A stretch of DNA of 64,000 bases from an uncultured archaeon (GCA_964645535.1 CAZYCQ010000007.1:1-64000); one strand, 5' to 3'. Shown: positions 1 to 11,442, counted from the stretch's first letter. Notes: generated by a model not told the origin, from the sequence alone. Program-made: numbers and translations.

Positions 1-1
1 T

Positions 2-3000
2 ACCGAAGGGATAGGTAGTAAAGTGAACATAAGTGTAAGTGAACCTGCTAATGGATTGAGCCCTATCGGTAAAGTCGATTTCTATGTTATGGAAAAAGTA
101 GGTGCTCTCGGTCGTCAAATGTTTGACCAAACCATTCTAATGTCCTCCCCATCAATAACTTGGACTGCCTCCGGTTCATATAACATTTCTGGTTTCAGAT
201 TACCGATCCATTCCGTTCAAATCCCGCAATACACCGAATGGCAATTGAAAGAAAATGGAAACACGGTGGTTGTTGGTCAAATCAGCGGTTCACAAGCCCA
301 AATGATGTATGATTCTTCTAAATCTTTATGGTTGCTGTTTGGATCCTCCCAAACTGACGGCAACATCTATACTAATACCTTTTATACCCTCAAACTTGGT
401 AAGACCTATTCTCTAATTCTGAATGCACTTTCCTATGCAAATGAGTTTACTTTTCCAGCCGGTGATACCGGTTCACCAATGCTCGTGGATTTGGATACGA
501 ATTCTTCAGTTGACTTTTCTTTTGACATGATCCGTGCAAATGAGCATCGATCTTATACACAATCTTTAGGATTCATTTCGATTAATTGGATTCCAAAAAC
601 ATTAGGTACAAATTGGGTAATTGCTTCATATTCCGGAACTCAATCCCTTTTCCTCCCATCAATTAACATTACAAAGGTTGAAGCTCTTTCCTCATTGGAT
701 ACAAACATTGTATTTCCTCCAGTTACTGCTATGCAGACTTCTACCAGCTCAATCAGTGTTTCTTTCGAAATATCTGATCTTCCACTTACCCAGGCCACAG
801 TTGATTTCTTTTTGATGAGAAACTATTTTTGGACATTTATTGGACAGGAAACAACGGATTATGGAGGAATTGCAACCCTTAATCTTGCAATCGATTATCC
901 GTTGGGCGAGTATCCGTTGAAGGCAGTGGCAACAGATGGGTCGAATGAATTTGTGGGTCTTTCAACCCTTACCGTGATCCAGCCTACTGCAAAAATCCTA
1001 GTTTCTTATTCTACAGGATATTTTGGTACGGGACTATCTGCAAATTCAACTTTAGTGGATATTGCTGGTACCTTGCAGACTTCTTGGGGAGTCCCATTGG
1101 AGAACCAGTCAGTGGTGCTATTTAGAAATGACGGCGTCCGACTTTCAGAAACAATAACTGATGCTTTTGGAAATTTTGCCTTTCAATACCTTCATAATGG
1201 ATCTGCGGGATCATATTCTTCCTTTGTGTATCTTGTCCATAATAACACGTTATATGATACGCCTATTTCTTGGATTGATGTAAATATACTCAAAGGAACT
1301 CCACAAATTATTGTTGATGATGTGGTTTACGGAGAGTATCTCAACCAAACTTTAGAAATCGGAGGTTCAATTGTGAAGCCAAATGGGCTTCCTCTTGACA
1401 CATCTATTTCATTGCAGTTTTACGACACTACTTCCGATCCATTCCCCATTTGGGTTGATGTGGAAAGTGTATCGTCCCAAAATGGATCTTTTGTGTTCTC
1501 AATACCCAATCCCGGTGTTGGGACATTTCAGTACCGAATCGTCTTTTCTGGAGACATGAATTATAATATGGTTCTTCGTACAATTTCGGTGACTGTAAAC
1601 AAAAGCTTAGGAATGGTCAATCATCTAGATGGTTTTGGAACATCTACCAATCCAATTCCAATCTTCTACAACCACGGTGGCGATTTCTCTTTCAATATAA
1701 CTTCTTCTTCCGGACTTCCCGTCACTGGTGCTCAAATCTCTGTTCTTTCGCCCTCATTGAATGGCTCCTCTACATTTGAAGTTATTGCCAGCGGATATTC
1801 TGATAGTAATGGGATCTTCCAACTTGTATGGCTCCCTCCCGATAGCTATATCGGACCTGCAATCTCATTGCAATTAAGTGGTTTCAGTCCTTACCTCCTT
1901 GTTAAGGTAACTCATGAGAATTTCACGGTTCCAGATACAAAACTGTATTGGAATTACACTGGCTTGGGCTTTACTGCAACCCATTTGGTGAAAAACTACT
2001 ACTACAGTTTTACACAAAGTATAGAATTTTCGGTGACAGATACTATGGGCAAACCTGTAAAGGATGGTACCCTTTTCACGTTGACAATTGGAAATGACCA
2101 AATCCAGGAACCCATTGCAAATGGAATTGTTTCATTCTTGTATACCTTTACGCAACCCGGATTGCTGCAAATTCAATTAATTTACTCTCCCGATTATCCT
2201 ACAATAGGGTTCCCTTACCATGCTTTTTCAATGAACCTTACAATTTCGATTGAAAGGGCGGATGTAGAGCTTTTTGGAACTAATTACCAAGGACTTCAAG
2301 GTGAAACCATCCCAATCAATGTTACATCAAGGAATATGCAGGGAACCCCATTACCCGGTGTCACGCTGGAGCTTTGGTATTTTACAGGGATCTGGAGGCA
2401 AATTCAAACTCCCATTCTCATTTCTGATGAAAATGGGACTGTGGAATACCGTTACTTCATTGATCTACCTTCCACTGGTCTTTTTTCCTTTGAATGGCGA
2501 GTGATTGGTGATGCAAATGTCAAATCAACAACCCTTCCATTCACTGTTGAAGTTACAGGAATAATCACTTCACTTAATTTGACCGCTCCGACTGAATACC
2601 GTTTTTCAGAACTCCAATTTGCTTCAGCGACATTAAAGACCGCGCTTGATGTTCCTCTTGAGAACAAGGAAATAGTCTTCCGTCTAGGAAATTTCACTTG
2701 GTCCGAATTAACTGATGTGAATGGAAACGTCGTGACTCAATTGCCTCTTGGAATGCTCCCTGGTACATATACGCTCCTTGCAACATTTAATGGGGATGGA
2801 GCAAACCTCAACTCTTCCACTTCACAGAATGTGGTAATACATGGTGTAAACACGGTTTTGTCCTTGGTAAACCTACCCCCCCGTATCATATATGCCGAAT
2901 TCTTTAACTTTACAGTAAAGTTGACTGACGATTCAAACAATCCGTTGATCAACAAGGCAGTAAGAATCTTTGTCAATGGAAACCCATATCTTGGCATCAC

Positions 3001-6000
3001 TGACGCATATGGTGAATATGTTTTCAATGAAGTATATTTATCAAATGATGCTAATGCAACAATTGAAGTTTTCTTTGATGGTGTTGATGGATACAACAGC
3101 TCATCCTATTTTACTTCTCTTCAAGTATACAAACATGCTTTGCAAGTGGCAGTTGATATTGACAACGCTTTCTATGATCAGGACATTCAGTTGCATTTGA
3201 CGGTCAATTCAACTAAAGGATCCGTGGTTTCCAATGTTTCCATCTTGGTTTTTCTTGAGGGTCAACTTTTACTGAATGGAACAACAAATGATTTTGGTAT
3301 TCTCAATTCCACGATTCGTATTGATGCTACAGCAGGACGCGTTCTTTTATTCCAAATCGAAGCTCATCATGCCAATTTTTCCTCTGGCTATCTTGAACAG
3401 TCGGTAGTGGTTCAAAGGGCTCCTATTCAAACATCTCTGACCACACCACCTCTTTATTTCTTAACCAACTCATCTATTTCATTCTCAATTGTTGATGCCC
3501 AAGGGAAACCGGTTGAAGGATTGTTGGTGACAGTAAGTTTTAATTACGGTCTTCAAAACCACATTCTTGGTCAAATATATACCAATGCAGAAGGAATTGC
3601 CTTGGTCTCCTTCCTTCCGACACAGATTGGATTGGTTGATATTCTCTTTAGCATAGACGACCCCCAAGGAAACTACATACAGATCCAGTCAAAGAAAACA
3701 TTGGAGGTCTTCCAGGCTCCAACATCTATTTCTTCTTCAATTGCCAGTTCTGGAGAGTTTAATGCCGGCATCCTTGCCAACGTATCTTTATCAACCACAA
3801 CATTTGTTGAAGTCAATGTTAGTCTTGAAGCTTATATCAATGGAGAATGGCTTTTCCTTGAGACTTGTCCCACAACCAATGGAAAGGTGATCTTTTCAGT
3901 TCCTTCCTTTTCCAACAATTCATTTGTACTGTTCCGAACCACGGTCAGTACAATTGGGTTTGAAAATTCATCAACAACAATACTTGCCCAATTCCTTCCA
4001 GTCAATATTGAAATTTCCGATGAGGTGGTGGAAGCTTATGATATTTACACTCCCCAAGTTAATATTTCAACAATCAATGGTTCTTTGGACTTCTATTATA
4101 TGGATCTTTATTTGATCAATTCCTCAAACAACTCCGACATCTTTTGGGGAACTGTTTTTATGGTAAAAGGAACTCCAATCTTCATAGAAAATGGATCTTT
4201 CTTTGATATGTATGGCAACATCCTTTCTAGCTCCTCTGTAGAATTATTGCTTGAATCTGTTAATATAGGGGTCTCCAGTTCAGATTGGTTGAATATTGTC
4301 CTGAATTCTGGTCTGATCCCTCAGATTCCTTTGGCGAGCTTTCCCCTCGGGGATTACACGGTTCGACTTGTGTTTCCATCTCAAGGTTGGTTTTCTGAGG
4401 CACAGGTTACCTTTAACCTTCGGCTGATCCCTGAAAAATTGGTTATTGGGGGAATGGATCTGAATATTGAAAATGGAACTGTCACACAGCTTACTATTCC
4501 TGTCATGGAAAATGAAGGGATTCCAGTTTCAGGTCCACAGATCTACATCCAAGTCTATTTTGATAATGCATGGATTACGATTGGAGAAGGTCTGGTTTCC
4601 AATGGATCTGCATCAGTCCTGATAAATTCCTCCCTTCCATTTGGAACATTTCCTCTGAGGTATTATATTCCAAAATCAAGCTATTATGCCGTGGGAATGG
4701 TGGAAAAGGTAATCACGATTTCAAAAGCAACGGAATTGATTTTCCAAGCTCCAAATGATCTGACAATCGTCTATTCGGATGGTGTTACACTAGTGTACCT
4801 CTTGAGGCTTCATGAGAGTGCTGATCCTTTAGCAAATGAAACCATAATTCTATCTGTGTATGAACAAGATACTCTTGTTGCACAATATTTTGGTGTCACC
4901 AACTCATCCGGACAAGTCATTTTTGAAAATGTGCTTTCTGATCTTATCCCTGGTCACAACTACCTAATTACCGCGGAATTCGCGGGAAGTTCCGTTCTTA
5001 CCCCATCATATTATGAAATATCGAACCCAGAGGTTAGAAGGGAGGAAGTAAGTGTGTCCTATCTCTCTGATTTGTCGATTGATTATGGTCCGGGTGCAAA
5101 CCAGACCATTGCAGTTGGTGTACTAGATGAGAATTTCACAATATCCTCTGGATCAATTTATTGGGCAGTTTATTATAAGAATGGGGCTGGTGTTTGGTTA
5201 CCTCTTGAGGGCTATTCCGGTTTTGTTTCCCTTGATGATCAAAATCCTGTATTATTTGTTTTCAACCTCACTGGGGAATATCAATTGCATGTTGAATACG
5301 TAAATGACAATTCCTTCTATTATTCTAGGGAAGGACTTATTCTTCCATTCGGATGGATCAACGAAGAGGCGACAATATTATCCACTACGTTTTCATCCTC
5401 TTTCCCGATCAATGGATCCATAACGATTGGAACACAGGTAGAGAACAGTGAGGGCTATCCTCTGCCAGGAATCATCGTTGAAGTTTGGACGCCATTCGGG
5501 AACTATTCTGGTACTACTGATGTCAATGGATATGTTGAATTTCTTCTATCTCCAGATTTACCTGGTACTTTCAATCTAATCTTTCACATCCCTCAGCAAG
5601 GTTCTATTTCCGAAAAATATGTGGAAGGAACCCTTGAAATCACTTTACTGGATATTGGTTTTGAAGCATCCATTGATGATGTCTATTGGGATGAATTTAT
5701 CCAAATCAACCTTAATGATAGTATTGCGAACAGTTCAACTTATGAGCTTATTCTGGAAATGGACGGAACCGTGATTTTCCAACGGGCAAATCTGACATTT
5801 GAGGAACTTGTACTCCCATTCCAGCTAATGGATGGAATGCCTGGTTCTGTTGATTATAATTTAACCCGTTATAATCCATGGGCAACCTCTTCGTCCGTTA
5901 CTGGTACATTTGAACTTCTTTCAGTGCCCGTGGAAATTTCTGTTTCTTATTCCGTTGCTAATGGCTCTGTATTCGTAATTGTTGATATCCGTGATGGACG

Positions 6001-6310
6001 AACCTCCGAGAGCATCCAAATTCCATATTCCCTAACGGTTTCAAATAGATCTGAAACAATTACCATTGAAATGAATCGTCCTGAATTTGTTCTTCCCGCT
6101 GATGGGAACCTGACCGTCTCTATAACCGTTGCCGGACGATATGTTGGATCCACCACACAGACCATTTTCATAGAATCATCCATTCCTTTCACCAAAGGAA
6201 CTGAGAACCAATCCATTTTAGACATATTCTCCACAGATTTCTTCGCGATCGTTTTTCTCATAACTGGTGGAAGCAGTCTTGTGATTGTACAGAAAAGGAA
6301 GGGGTCATGA
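2..6310 (+). CDS. Very large (>2100 aa) Ig-like-repeat cell-surface protein, 5' end outside window
   Basis: Frame is open from base 2, upstream of the GTG at 23. Repeated beta-rich units with TD.xG motifs and many N-x-S/T sequons; C-terminal hydrophobic helix plus basic tail (QKRKGS). Confidence 0.8.
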   Translation, partial: TEGIGSKVNISVSEPANGLSPIGKVDFYVMEKVGALGRQMFDQTILMSSPSITWTASGSYNISGFRLPIHSVQIPQYTEWQLKENGNTVVVGQISGSQAQMMYDSSKSLWLLFGSSQTDGNIYTNTFYTLKLGKTYSLILNALSYANEFTFPAGDTGSPMLVDLDTNSSVDFSFDMIRANEHRSYTQSLGFISINWIPKTLGTNWVIASYSGTQSLFLPSINITKVEALSSLDTNIVFPPVTAMQTSTSSISVSFEISDLPLTQATVDFFLMRNYFWTFIGQETTDYGGIATLNLAIDYPLGEYPLKAVATDGSNEFVGLSTLTVIQPTAKILVSYSTGYFGTGLSANSTLVDIAGTLQTSWGVPLENQSVVLFRNDGVRLSETITDAFGNFAFQYLHNGSAGSYSSFVYLVHNNTLYDTPISWIDVNILKGTPQIIVDDVVYGEYLNQTLEIGGSIVKPNGLPLDTSISLQFYDTTSDPFPIWVDVESVSSQNGSFVFSIPNPGVGTFQYRIVFSGDMNYNMVLRTISVTVNKSLGMVNHLDGFGTSTNPIPIFYNHGGDFSFNITSSSGLPVTGAQISVLSPSLNGSSTFEVIASGYSDSNGIFQLVWLPPDSYIGPAISLQLSGFSPYLLVKVTHENFTVPDTKLYWNYTGLGFTATHLVKNYYYSFTQSIEFSVTDTMGKPVKDGTLFTLTIGNDQIQEPIANGIVSFLYTFTQPGLLQIQLIYSPDYPTIGFPYHAFSMNLTISIERADVELFGTNYQGLQGETIPINVTSRNMQGTPLPGVTLELWYFTGIWRQIQTPILISDENGTVEYRYFIDLPSTGLFSFEWRVIGDANVKSTTLPFTVEVTGIITSLNLTAPTEYRFSELQFASATLKTALDVPLENKEIVFRLGNFTWSELTDVNGNVVTQLPLGMLPGTYTLLATFNGDGANLNSSTSQNVVIHGVNTVLSLVNLPPRIIYAEFFNFTVKLTDDSNNPLINKAVRIFVNGNPYLGITDAYGEYVFNEVYLSNDANATIEVFFDGVDGYNSSSYFTSLQVYKHALQVAVDIDNAFYDQDIQLHLTVNSTKGSVVSNVSILVFLEGQLLLNGTTNDFGILNSTIRIDATAGRVLLFQIEAHHANFSSGYLEQSVVVQRAPIQTSLTTPPLYFLTNSSISFSIVDAQGKPVEGLLVTVSFNYGLQNHILGQIYTNAEGIALVSFLPTQIGLVDILFSIDDPQGNYIQIQSKKTLEVFQAPTSISSSIASSGEFNAGILANVSLSTTTFVEVNVSLEAYINGEWLFLETCPTTNGKVIFSVPSFSNNSFVLFRTTVSTIGFENSSTTILAQFLPVNIEISDEVVEAYDIYTPQVNISTINGSLDFYYMDLYLINSSNNSDIFWGTVFMVKGTPIFIENGSFFDMYGNILSSSSVELLLESVNIGVSSSDWLNIVLNSGLIPQIPLASFPLGDYTVRLVFPSQGWFSEAQVTFNLRLIPEKLVIGGMDLNIENGTVTQLTIPVMENEGIPVSGPQIYIQVYFDNAWITIGEGLVSNGSASVLINSSLPFGTFPLRYYIPKSSYYAVGMVEKVITISKATELIFQAPNDLTIVYSDGVTLVYLLRLHESADPLANETIILSVYEQDTLVAQYFGVTNSSGQVIFENVLSDLIPGHNYLITAEFAGSSVLTPSYYEISNPEVRREEVSVSYLSDLSIDYGPGANQTIAVGVLDENFTISSGSIYWAVYYKNGAGVWLPLEGYSGFVSLDDQNPVLFVFNLTGEYQLHVEYVNDNSFYYSREGLILPFGWINEEATILSTTFSSSFPINGSITIGTQVENSEGYPLPGIIVEVWTPFGNYSGTTDVNGYVEFLLSPDLPGTFNLIFHIPQQGSISEKYVEGTLEITLLDIGFEASIDDVYWDEFIQINLNDSIANSSTYELILEMDGTVIFQRANLTFEELVLPFQLMDGMPGSVDYNLTRYNPWATSSSVTGTFELLSVPVEISVSYSVANGSVFVIVDIRDGRTSESIQIPYSLTVSNRSETITIEMNRPEFVLPADGNLTVSITVAGRYVGSTTQTIFIESSIPFTKGTENQSILDIFSTDFFAIVFLITGGSSLVIVQKRKGS

Positions 6311-6374
6311 AAAAATAGCAGTTATTTCATTGGTCAAGAGAATCCCTAAAAAAGCCTAGCCATTTAATTAATTT

Positions 6375-6941
6375 ATGTCAAACTTTGAACGTAAAATGGG
6401 CGAAATGTTCATGAAAAATTTTGCTCAATCGATGATGAAAGATTTGATCAATGACAAGACCAAGGCAGCTAATGTCAATCAAATCGTGAATCAAGGAATG
6501 TCAAAGTCGTTTGGAGATTCATGGGATATGCTTCCGGTCACGGGACCTAGGATGATGGCTCTTATCTTCATATTAAATTCTGTTCTTGGCTCAAAGGGAA
6601 TCACCCCAAAAAAGGTTGCCGAGACTGCAATTGCCAAGGCAAAAGAATTCAATCTTGATGAAAAAAGCACCCAATTCCTTGAAAAAATCAAAAAGACAAA
6701 TTCCATCTCCCCTGAAGAAATCAAGGCGTTTGCTTCCAACTTAGGGGGTCAAGCCAAAGATCAAGTCAATGAATTACTTGATGTAGTCAACAACTTTGAC
6801 CTCAAGGCTACCATGGCCTCTGTCGGTGATGCAGTAACGGATATCGGTGAAAAAGGATTGGAGGGTGCAAAATCCCTCGGTAAATCTGTTGGTGGATTCT
6901 TCAAACGGAAAACAAAAAACAACGACGAAACTACTGAATGA
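6375..6941 (+). CDS. Hypothetical helical protein
   Basis: 188-aa ORF with protein-like composition and AT-rich upstream region; no recognisable motif. Confidence 0.6.
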   Translation: MSNFERKMGEMFMKNFAQSMMKDLINDKTKAANVNQIVNQGMSKSFGDSWDMLPVTGPRMMALIFILNSVLGSKGITPKKVAETAIAKAKEFNLDEKSTQFLEKIKKTNSISPEEIKAFASNLGGQAKDQVNELLDVVNNFDLKATMASVGDAVTDIGEKGLEGAKSLGKSVGGFFKRKTKNNDETTE

Positions 6942-6991
6942 CTTTGACTCCACCTTCTAGTTTAAGTCTCCTGAAATGATGAAACACTGGG

Positions 6992-8245
6992 ATGCGAGAG
7001 GTCTACAAAAACAGAAATGTTAGAGCTATATTGCTCAGTTCAATTTTCAATTCACTAGGTTTCAGCATCCTATGGTTTTCCACCACTTGGTTGGTTTATG
7101 CATTGGGTGGGTCAAATACGGATCTTGGTTTGATTTTGGGCATCGGATCACTGATGTCTATTCTTGCTTCAATATTGGCTTCCTATCTTGCGGATATGTT
7201 TCGCAAAGATTTCATTATCCTGCCTTCCATTGGAATAATGCTACTCGGAACCATATTCCTAGTAACCGCCTCTGATTTAATTGATGTGTTTATTGGACAA
7301 ATCTTGGTTTCAATCGGAGGTGGCGGCAGTGCACCAACGATTAATGCGTTATTTTCAGATTCACTCAACACAGATGAACGAACACGTGTTTTCGGAACCC
7401 AATTCCTTTTGTCCGAAATCTCTAATAGCTTTGGCGGTGTTTTGGGTTTTTTCTTTTTTGCAGGAATGACTGCTGACAACATTGATTCTTTGGATTCCTC
7501 TCTCATCAAACAATTCATTTCAATCTCTACAGGTTCTTTCCTAATTGTTCTCTTAATTGGATTAATGTTCCTTAGGGATCGTCATGTACTTTCTGAACAG
7601 GAAGAAAAGAGCAAAAAGAACCTTATAGAGATTTCAGTTTCTCATTCTCGTAAGGTAATCGCACTTTCTTTGTTAAGTGGTCTTCTCATTGGTTTTGGAG
7701 CAGGTTTTACAATTCCTTATCTTCCGCGGTTTTTCTTTGATGTCTACAAAATAAACCTCTCCAACCTATCAATTTTGATGGCTGGTGTTTCTATTTTCAC
7801 CGCAGTTTGGGGGAAATTCAATGCTAACCTTGCCGAACGTTTTGGTAGAATACAACTCATTGTCCTCAACCAGATGATATCGGTTCTTCTCCTTCTTTTG
7901 CTTTCTACATATCCTCCTGTCCTGTTGGCTTTTTCCGTTCTTGTCATCCGCAATGCAGTAATGAATGGTGTTGGTCCAATTGCCAATTCGATCCTGATGG
8001 AGTATACTCCACGGCAGTCCCGATCAAAGGTCTCCGCGATCAACCAAGTTTCTTGGCAAGTACTTTTCTCAGTAGGCAATATTTTGGGGGGATGGACTGT
8101 TGATAATCTTGGATTTCGAGTTCCAATCCTGACAACAGCAGCATTTTACTTTGTATCAACCTTGCTTTTTTGGCAAATGAAAGGAATTGTTGACATTTCC
8201 CCTCATTCCATCAAAAACGACATGGTTGTTTTCAAGAGCAAATAA
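6992..8245 (+). CDS. MFS transporter
   Basis: About 12 hydrophobic segments; motif-A-like SYLADMFRK and LAERFGR. Confidence 0.85.
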   Translation: MREVYKNRNVRAILLSSIFNSLGFSILWFSTTWLVYALGGSNTDLGLILGIGSLMSILASILASYLADMFRKDFIILPSIGIMLLGTIFLVTASDLIDVFIGQILVSIGGGGSAPTINALFSDSLNTDERTRVFGTQFLLSEISNSFGGVLGFFFFAGMTADNIDSLDSSLIKQFISISTGSFLIVLLIGLMFLRDRHVLSEQEEKSKKNLIEISVSHSRKVIALSLLSGLLIGFGAGFTIPYLPRFFFDVYKINLSNLSILMAGVSIFTAVWGKFNANLAERFGRIQLIVLNQMISVLLLLLLSTYPPVLLAFSVLVIRNAVMNGVGPIANSILMEYTPRQSRSKVSAINQVSWQVLFSVGNILGGWTVDNLGFRVPILTTAAFYFVSTLLFWQMKGIVDISPHSIKNDMVVFKSK

Positions 8246-8351
8246 TCCCCTTCAGTGCTCCAGATTCAAATCATTGGTCATCCTCATTAAACCAGTTTCT
8301 CATCATCAGGGGATATGATCTCTATTCAAAATATCCTGAAATAGATTGTGA

Positions 8352-9617
8352 TCAGTCATCTTGGATATGCTTCCTGATGAGATAGCGCATAATCTCATAG
8401 GCAATTGCTGTCTTCAGGTCTCTGATTTCCCTTACTCTACCGTCCGGGCGGATCATCAATACAACATTTGTATCCGTTCCAAATCCCGCCCCTTCCTTCG
8501 ATAAATCGTTGGCAATGACCAGATCTGCTCCTGTTTTCTTCATTTTTTCCCTTGCTCTGGCAATCAATTCTGATCTGGAAATGCCCCATTCTGCCTTGTA
8601 AACTACCAATAACGCATCACTGTTGGTTGGTTTAATCAAGTCGCTGATCTTTGCTGTTGGAACGAGGTGAAGGTCCATCTCTTGGTCACTTTTTGTTTTC
8701 CCTTGTCGGGTGGTATCGGGAGTAAAATCTGCAACTGCGGCGGAAAGAATGACTATGGCCTTTTTCTCATCCTTTACTCTCTTTAGGACTTCTTCCTTCA
8801 TCTGTTTTGCACTTTCAATTTTTATTGGATCTAGAATTCTTGGGATTGGTTCTCTTGTTGGTCCTAGAATTAATGATACCTTTGCCCCATGAAGCTTGGC
8901 TTCCAAAGCCAAAGCAATTGCAGTTTTTCCACTTGCAGGATTCGTAATATACCTGACATTGTCAATTCGTTCAATAGTCGGACCGCCCGTAATTATGGCA
9001 TGGTAGCCTTTGAGGGATTTTGGTGTAAGTAAGGACATAACATCGAACACTACTTCCTCAATTGGTGGTACTTTTGCTTTGCCTTCCTCACGAATGGGTT
9101 CAATGAAATGGACTCCTCGCGATTTTAACTTCTCAATTGCTTCTTTGATTGCATCTGCATTGATGAGATCCTCATGTGCAACGGCCATCACTTGGATTTT
9201 GACTCCTGCTCCTTGCAAGGAGCTTGCAATCAAAGTGACTGGGGTGTCTGCAATCCCCGCGGCAAGTTTTGCAACTGTATTTGTTGTGGCTGGAAAAATA
9301 AGCATAAGGTCTACTGGTCGGTTCATGACCCCTGCAAATGCAATATGCTCCAAATTTCCCGTGATCCTTGTGATTGGTTCGACCCCTGTGGCCCACCACA
9401 TCAAATCCTTCCCTATCATGGTGAGCGCCGCTTCGGTCATAACGGGAATGACTGTGGCACCTCTGCGGATAAGCTCTCTCGCCAATTGGGGGGCTAAAAA
9501 GGAAGCGATGCTCCCGGTTATCCCCAATACAATTCTCTTGCCTTCCAATCTGCTTGATATTGATGAAAGTATCTTGGTTGTGGGATGTGTAAATGCTGTG
9601 TCAAAAAGATTCATCAT
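8352..9617 (-). CDS. coaBC: Bifunctional phosphopantothenoylcysteine decarboxylase/synthetase
   Basis: GITGSIA, PATTNTVAKLAAGIAD, TGGPTIERIDNVRYITNPASGK, SAAVADF motifs. Confidence 0.93.
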   Translation of the reverse strand: MMNLFDTAFTHPTTKILSSISSRLEGKRIVLGITGSIASFLAPQLARELIRRGATVIPVMTEAALTMIGKDLMWWATGVEPITRITGNLEHIAFAGVMNRPVDLMLIFPATTNTVAKLAAGIADTPVTLIASSLQGAGVKIQVMAVAHEDLINADAIKEAIEKLKSRGVHFIEPIREEGKAKVPPIEEVVFDVMSLLTPKSLKGYHAIITGGPTIERIDNVRYITNPASGKTAIALALEAKLHGAKVSLILGPTREPIPRILDPIKIESAKQMKEEVLKRVKDEKKAIVILSAAVADFTPDTTRQGKTKSDQEMDLHLVPTAKISDLIKPTNSDALLVVYKAEWGISRSELIARAREKMKKTGADLVIANDLSKEGAGFGTDTNVVLMIRPDGRVREIRDLKTAIAYEIMRYLIRKHIQDD

Positions 9618-9733
9618 GAGAGGCTATGAACAAAAAGAACCCTCGTTATTTTAAGGAATTCGTATTTGATAGTTCTTTCTTCAAAAAAAAAGGTGAGTTT
9701 GATTGACAAAATTGATGTATGAATGAGGTGCAG

Positions 9734-9754
9734 GTCTTGTCTGAAAGACAAGAC
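9734..9754. promoter_or_regulatory. Perfect 9-bp inverted repeat (operator or hairpin)
   Basis: GTCTTGTCT-GAA-AGACAAGAC in the intergenic region about 120 bp upstream of coaBC. Confidence 0.35.
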
Positions 9755-9963
9755 AATTATTCTATTTGTTTCCTCCTAAATTAATCTTCTAGGAACAATT
9801 TTGCCCATCTTTCCGATAGAAGAAAAATGCAAAACATGAACTTAGGATGGATTAGACTTGATGGAATATGGTTTCTTCTGTTTTTTTGAAGTTCTTGAAA
9901 ATACTTGATGATATTCTATTATTGGAATTTCTGATAAAGCTTATTAAAAACAATTGTTCCTCA

Positions 9964-11265
9964 CTACTTTTGCTTGAATGGTACGCACTCATAAATAATG
10001 AAGTGTGGATATCGTTCTGCATCAAAAGCAAGTTCTGGATGGCGGGCAATTATTTCTTTGGATGGTCTTGGTTCTCTGATTTCAGTTATGGCAAATCCGC
10101 TTTCTTTTAGACCTTTTGAGTAATCTTCCAAAGTTCTTTCAAATTGCCAAATCGGTTTAATATTGCCCCATGAAATCAACATGGCTCCACCATCAAAATA
10201 TCTGTCGATGATTTTCCCCATCCGTTCCTCTTTCCTAACAATATCAAAAGGCACACGAAAATCGACCGCTCCAAGACGCCCAAAAACAGGGTGTGTATTT
10301 GACCAAATGAATTTCCCTGTAGGCTTGAGAACACGATGAATTTCATTGAAAGCATTCTTATAATCCTTGACATCAATCATCACGATATTCGAAACAACTA
10401 GATCAAATGTATGATCTTCAAACATGTGAAGGTCTGCCAAATCTCCTTGAAAAAACTTGCATCCCGATGGCTCTTCCTTCTCCCTTTGTAAACAATAATC
10501 GATGAATTTCTGTGAATAATCTATCCCAAATGCAATTGCCCCCTTTCTTGCTAATTTCCTCGTTAAATAGCCATTTCCACATCCTGCATCAAGAACCATC
10601 TTATCCTTGACAATTCCAATCATTTCCCACAGACAAGGATCAATTATCCATTGCCGGTTTCGGTCTCCCTCATCGCCATTTTCCCCTTGTGTCTTCAGTA
10701 CTTTGATCCAATTCTCTGCTGTTTCTTCCCAATGTTTCTTTGAATCTTGATTGTCCACATTATCTTCATCCAAAAAATCAGAATGAATTCCAATAAGTGA
10801 AAGGTCTTTCCGATACTTGATGACTTGATTTTCAAATTGAAGAAACTCATCGATAGTGATTGAAGACGCGATCTGCTTTCCTTTCGGTCTCCATACATTT
10901 CTCATTTTGTCAGATTGAAATGGATGAGTTCCTTGGAACTCCTTGAACAACAGATCTTTGTGTTTCTTGCCACAAAAAGGACAATCCAAAAGAAAATAGT
11001 ATGTTTTGTCCCAAAATTTAGAAAACACAAAGCTTCTTTTTCCACATCTGAAACACAGAAAATTGTTGGTCTCATCACACCATGTCATTCCTGTAAAATG
11101 AATTTTATCTCCACAATGCCCGCATGAAAATTGGAAATGCATCTCGCACCGCCATATTGTTTCTTCTGCTGAATATATCCCTTGTTGGATTTTGTAATCC
11201 TTTTCATACTTGGAAATCCGTCTGCAATAATGACATGGCTGAGGGGGTTTAACCTCTATAAGCAT
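9964..11265 (-). CDS. Class I SAM-dependent methyltransferase with Cys-rich N-terminal domain
   Basis: VLDAGCGNG motif I and FDLVVS motif; N-terminus has CHYC, CEMH, CGHC, CFRC, CPFC. Start may be 11265 or 11316. Confidence 0.8.
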   Translation of the reverse strand: MLIEVKPPQPCHYCRRISKYEKDYKIQQGIYSAEETIWRCEMHFQFSCGHCGDKIHFTGMTWCDETNNFLCFRCGKRSFVFSKFWDKTYYFLLDCPFCGKKHKDLLFKEFQGTHPFQSDKMRNVWRPKGKQIASSITIDEFLQFENQVIKYRKDLSLIGIHSDFLDEDNVDNQDSKKHWEETAENWIKVLKTQGENGDEGDRNRQWIIDPCLWEMIGIVKDKMVLDAGCGNGYLTRKLARKGAIAFGIDYSQKFIDYCLQREKEEPSGCKFFQGDLADLHMFEDHTFDLVVSNIVMIDVKDYKNAFNEIHRVLKPTGKFIWSNTHPVFGRLGAVDFRVPFDIVRKEERMGKIIDRYFDGGAMLISWGNIKPIWQFERTLEDYSKGLKESGFAITEIREPRPSKEIIARHPELAFDAERYPHFIIYECVPFKQK

Positions 11266-11442
11266 TAAGAATGATTGTTGCCGACTAATATTAAGCTTTA
11301 GGAGGAATTCATACATTCTTTGACTTGCTAAGTTTCTCGAAAATTACTTGAACTTAGTACCCTTTTTTCCCATGAGATTCAAATTTTTAATTCCTTTAAT
11401 CCACAAAACTTTAATTGGTATTGTTTTATTTTATAATTTAAA

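Noticed and set aside
9010-9654. Long antisense or alternate-frame ORFs such as 9010-9654, 20298-20750 and 61862-62362
   Set aside because: Shadows of well-supported genes.
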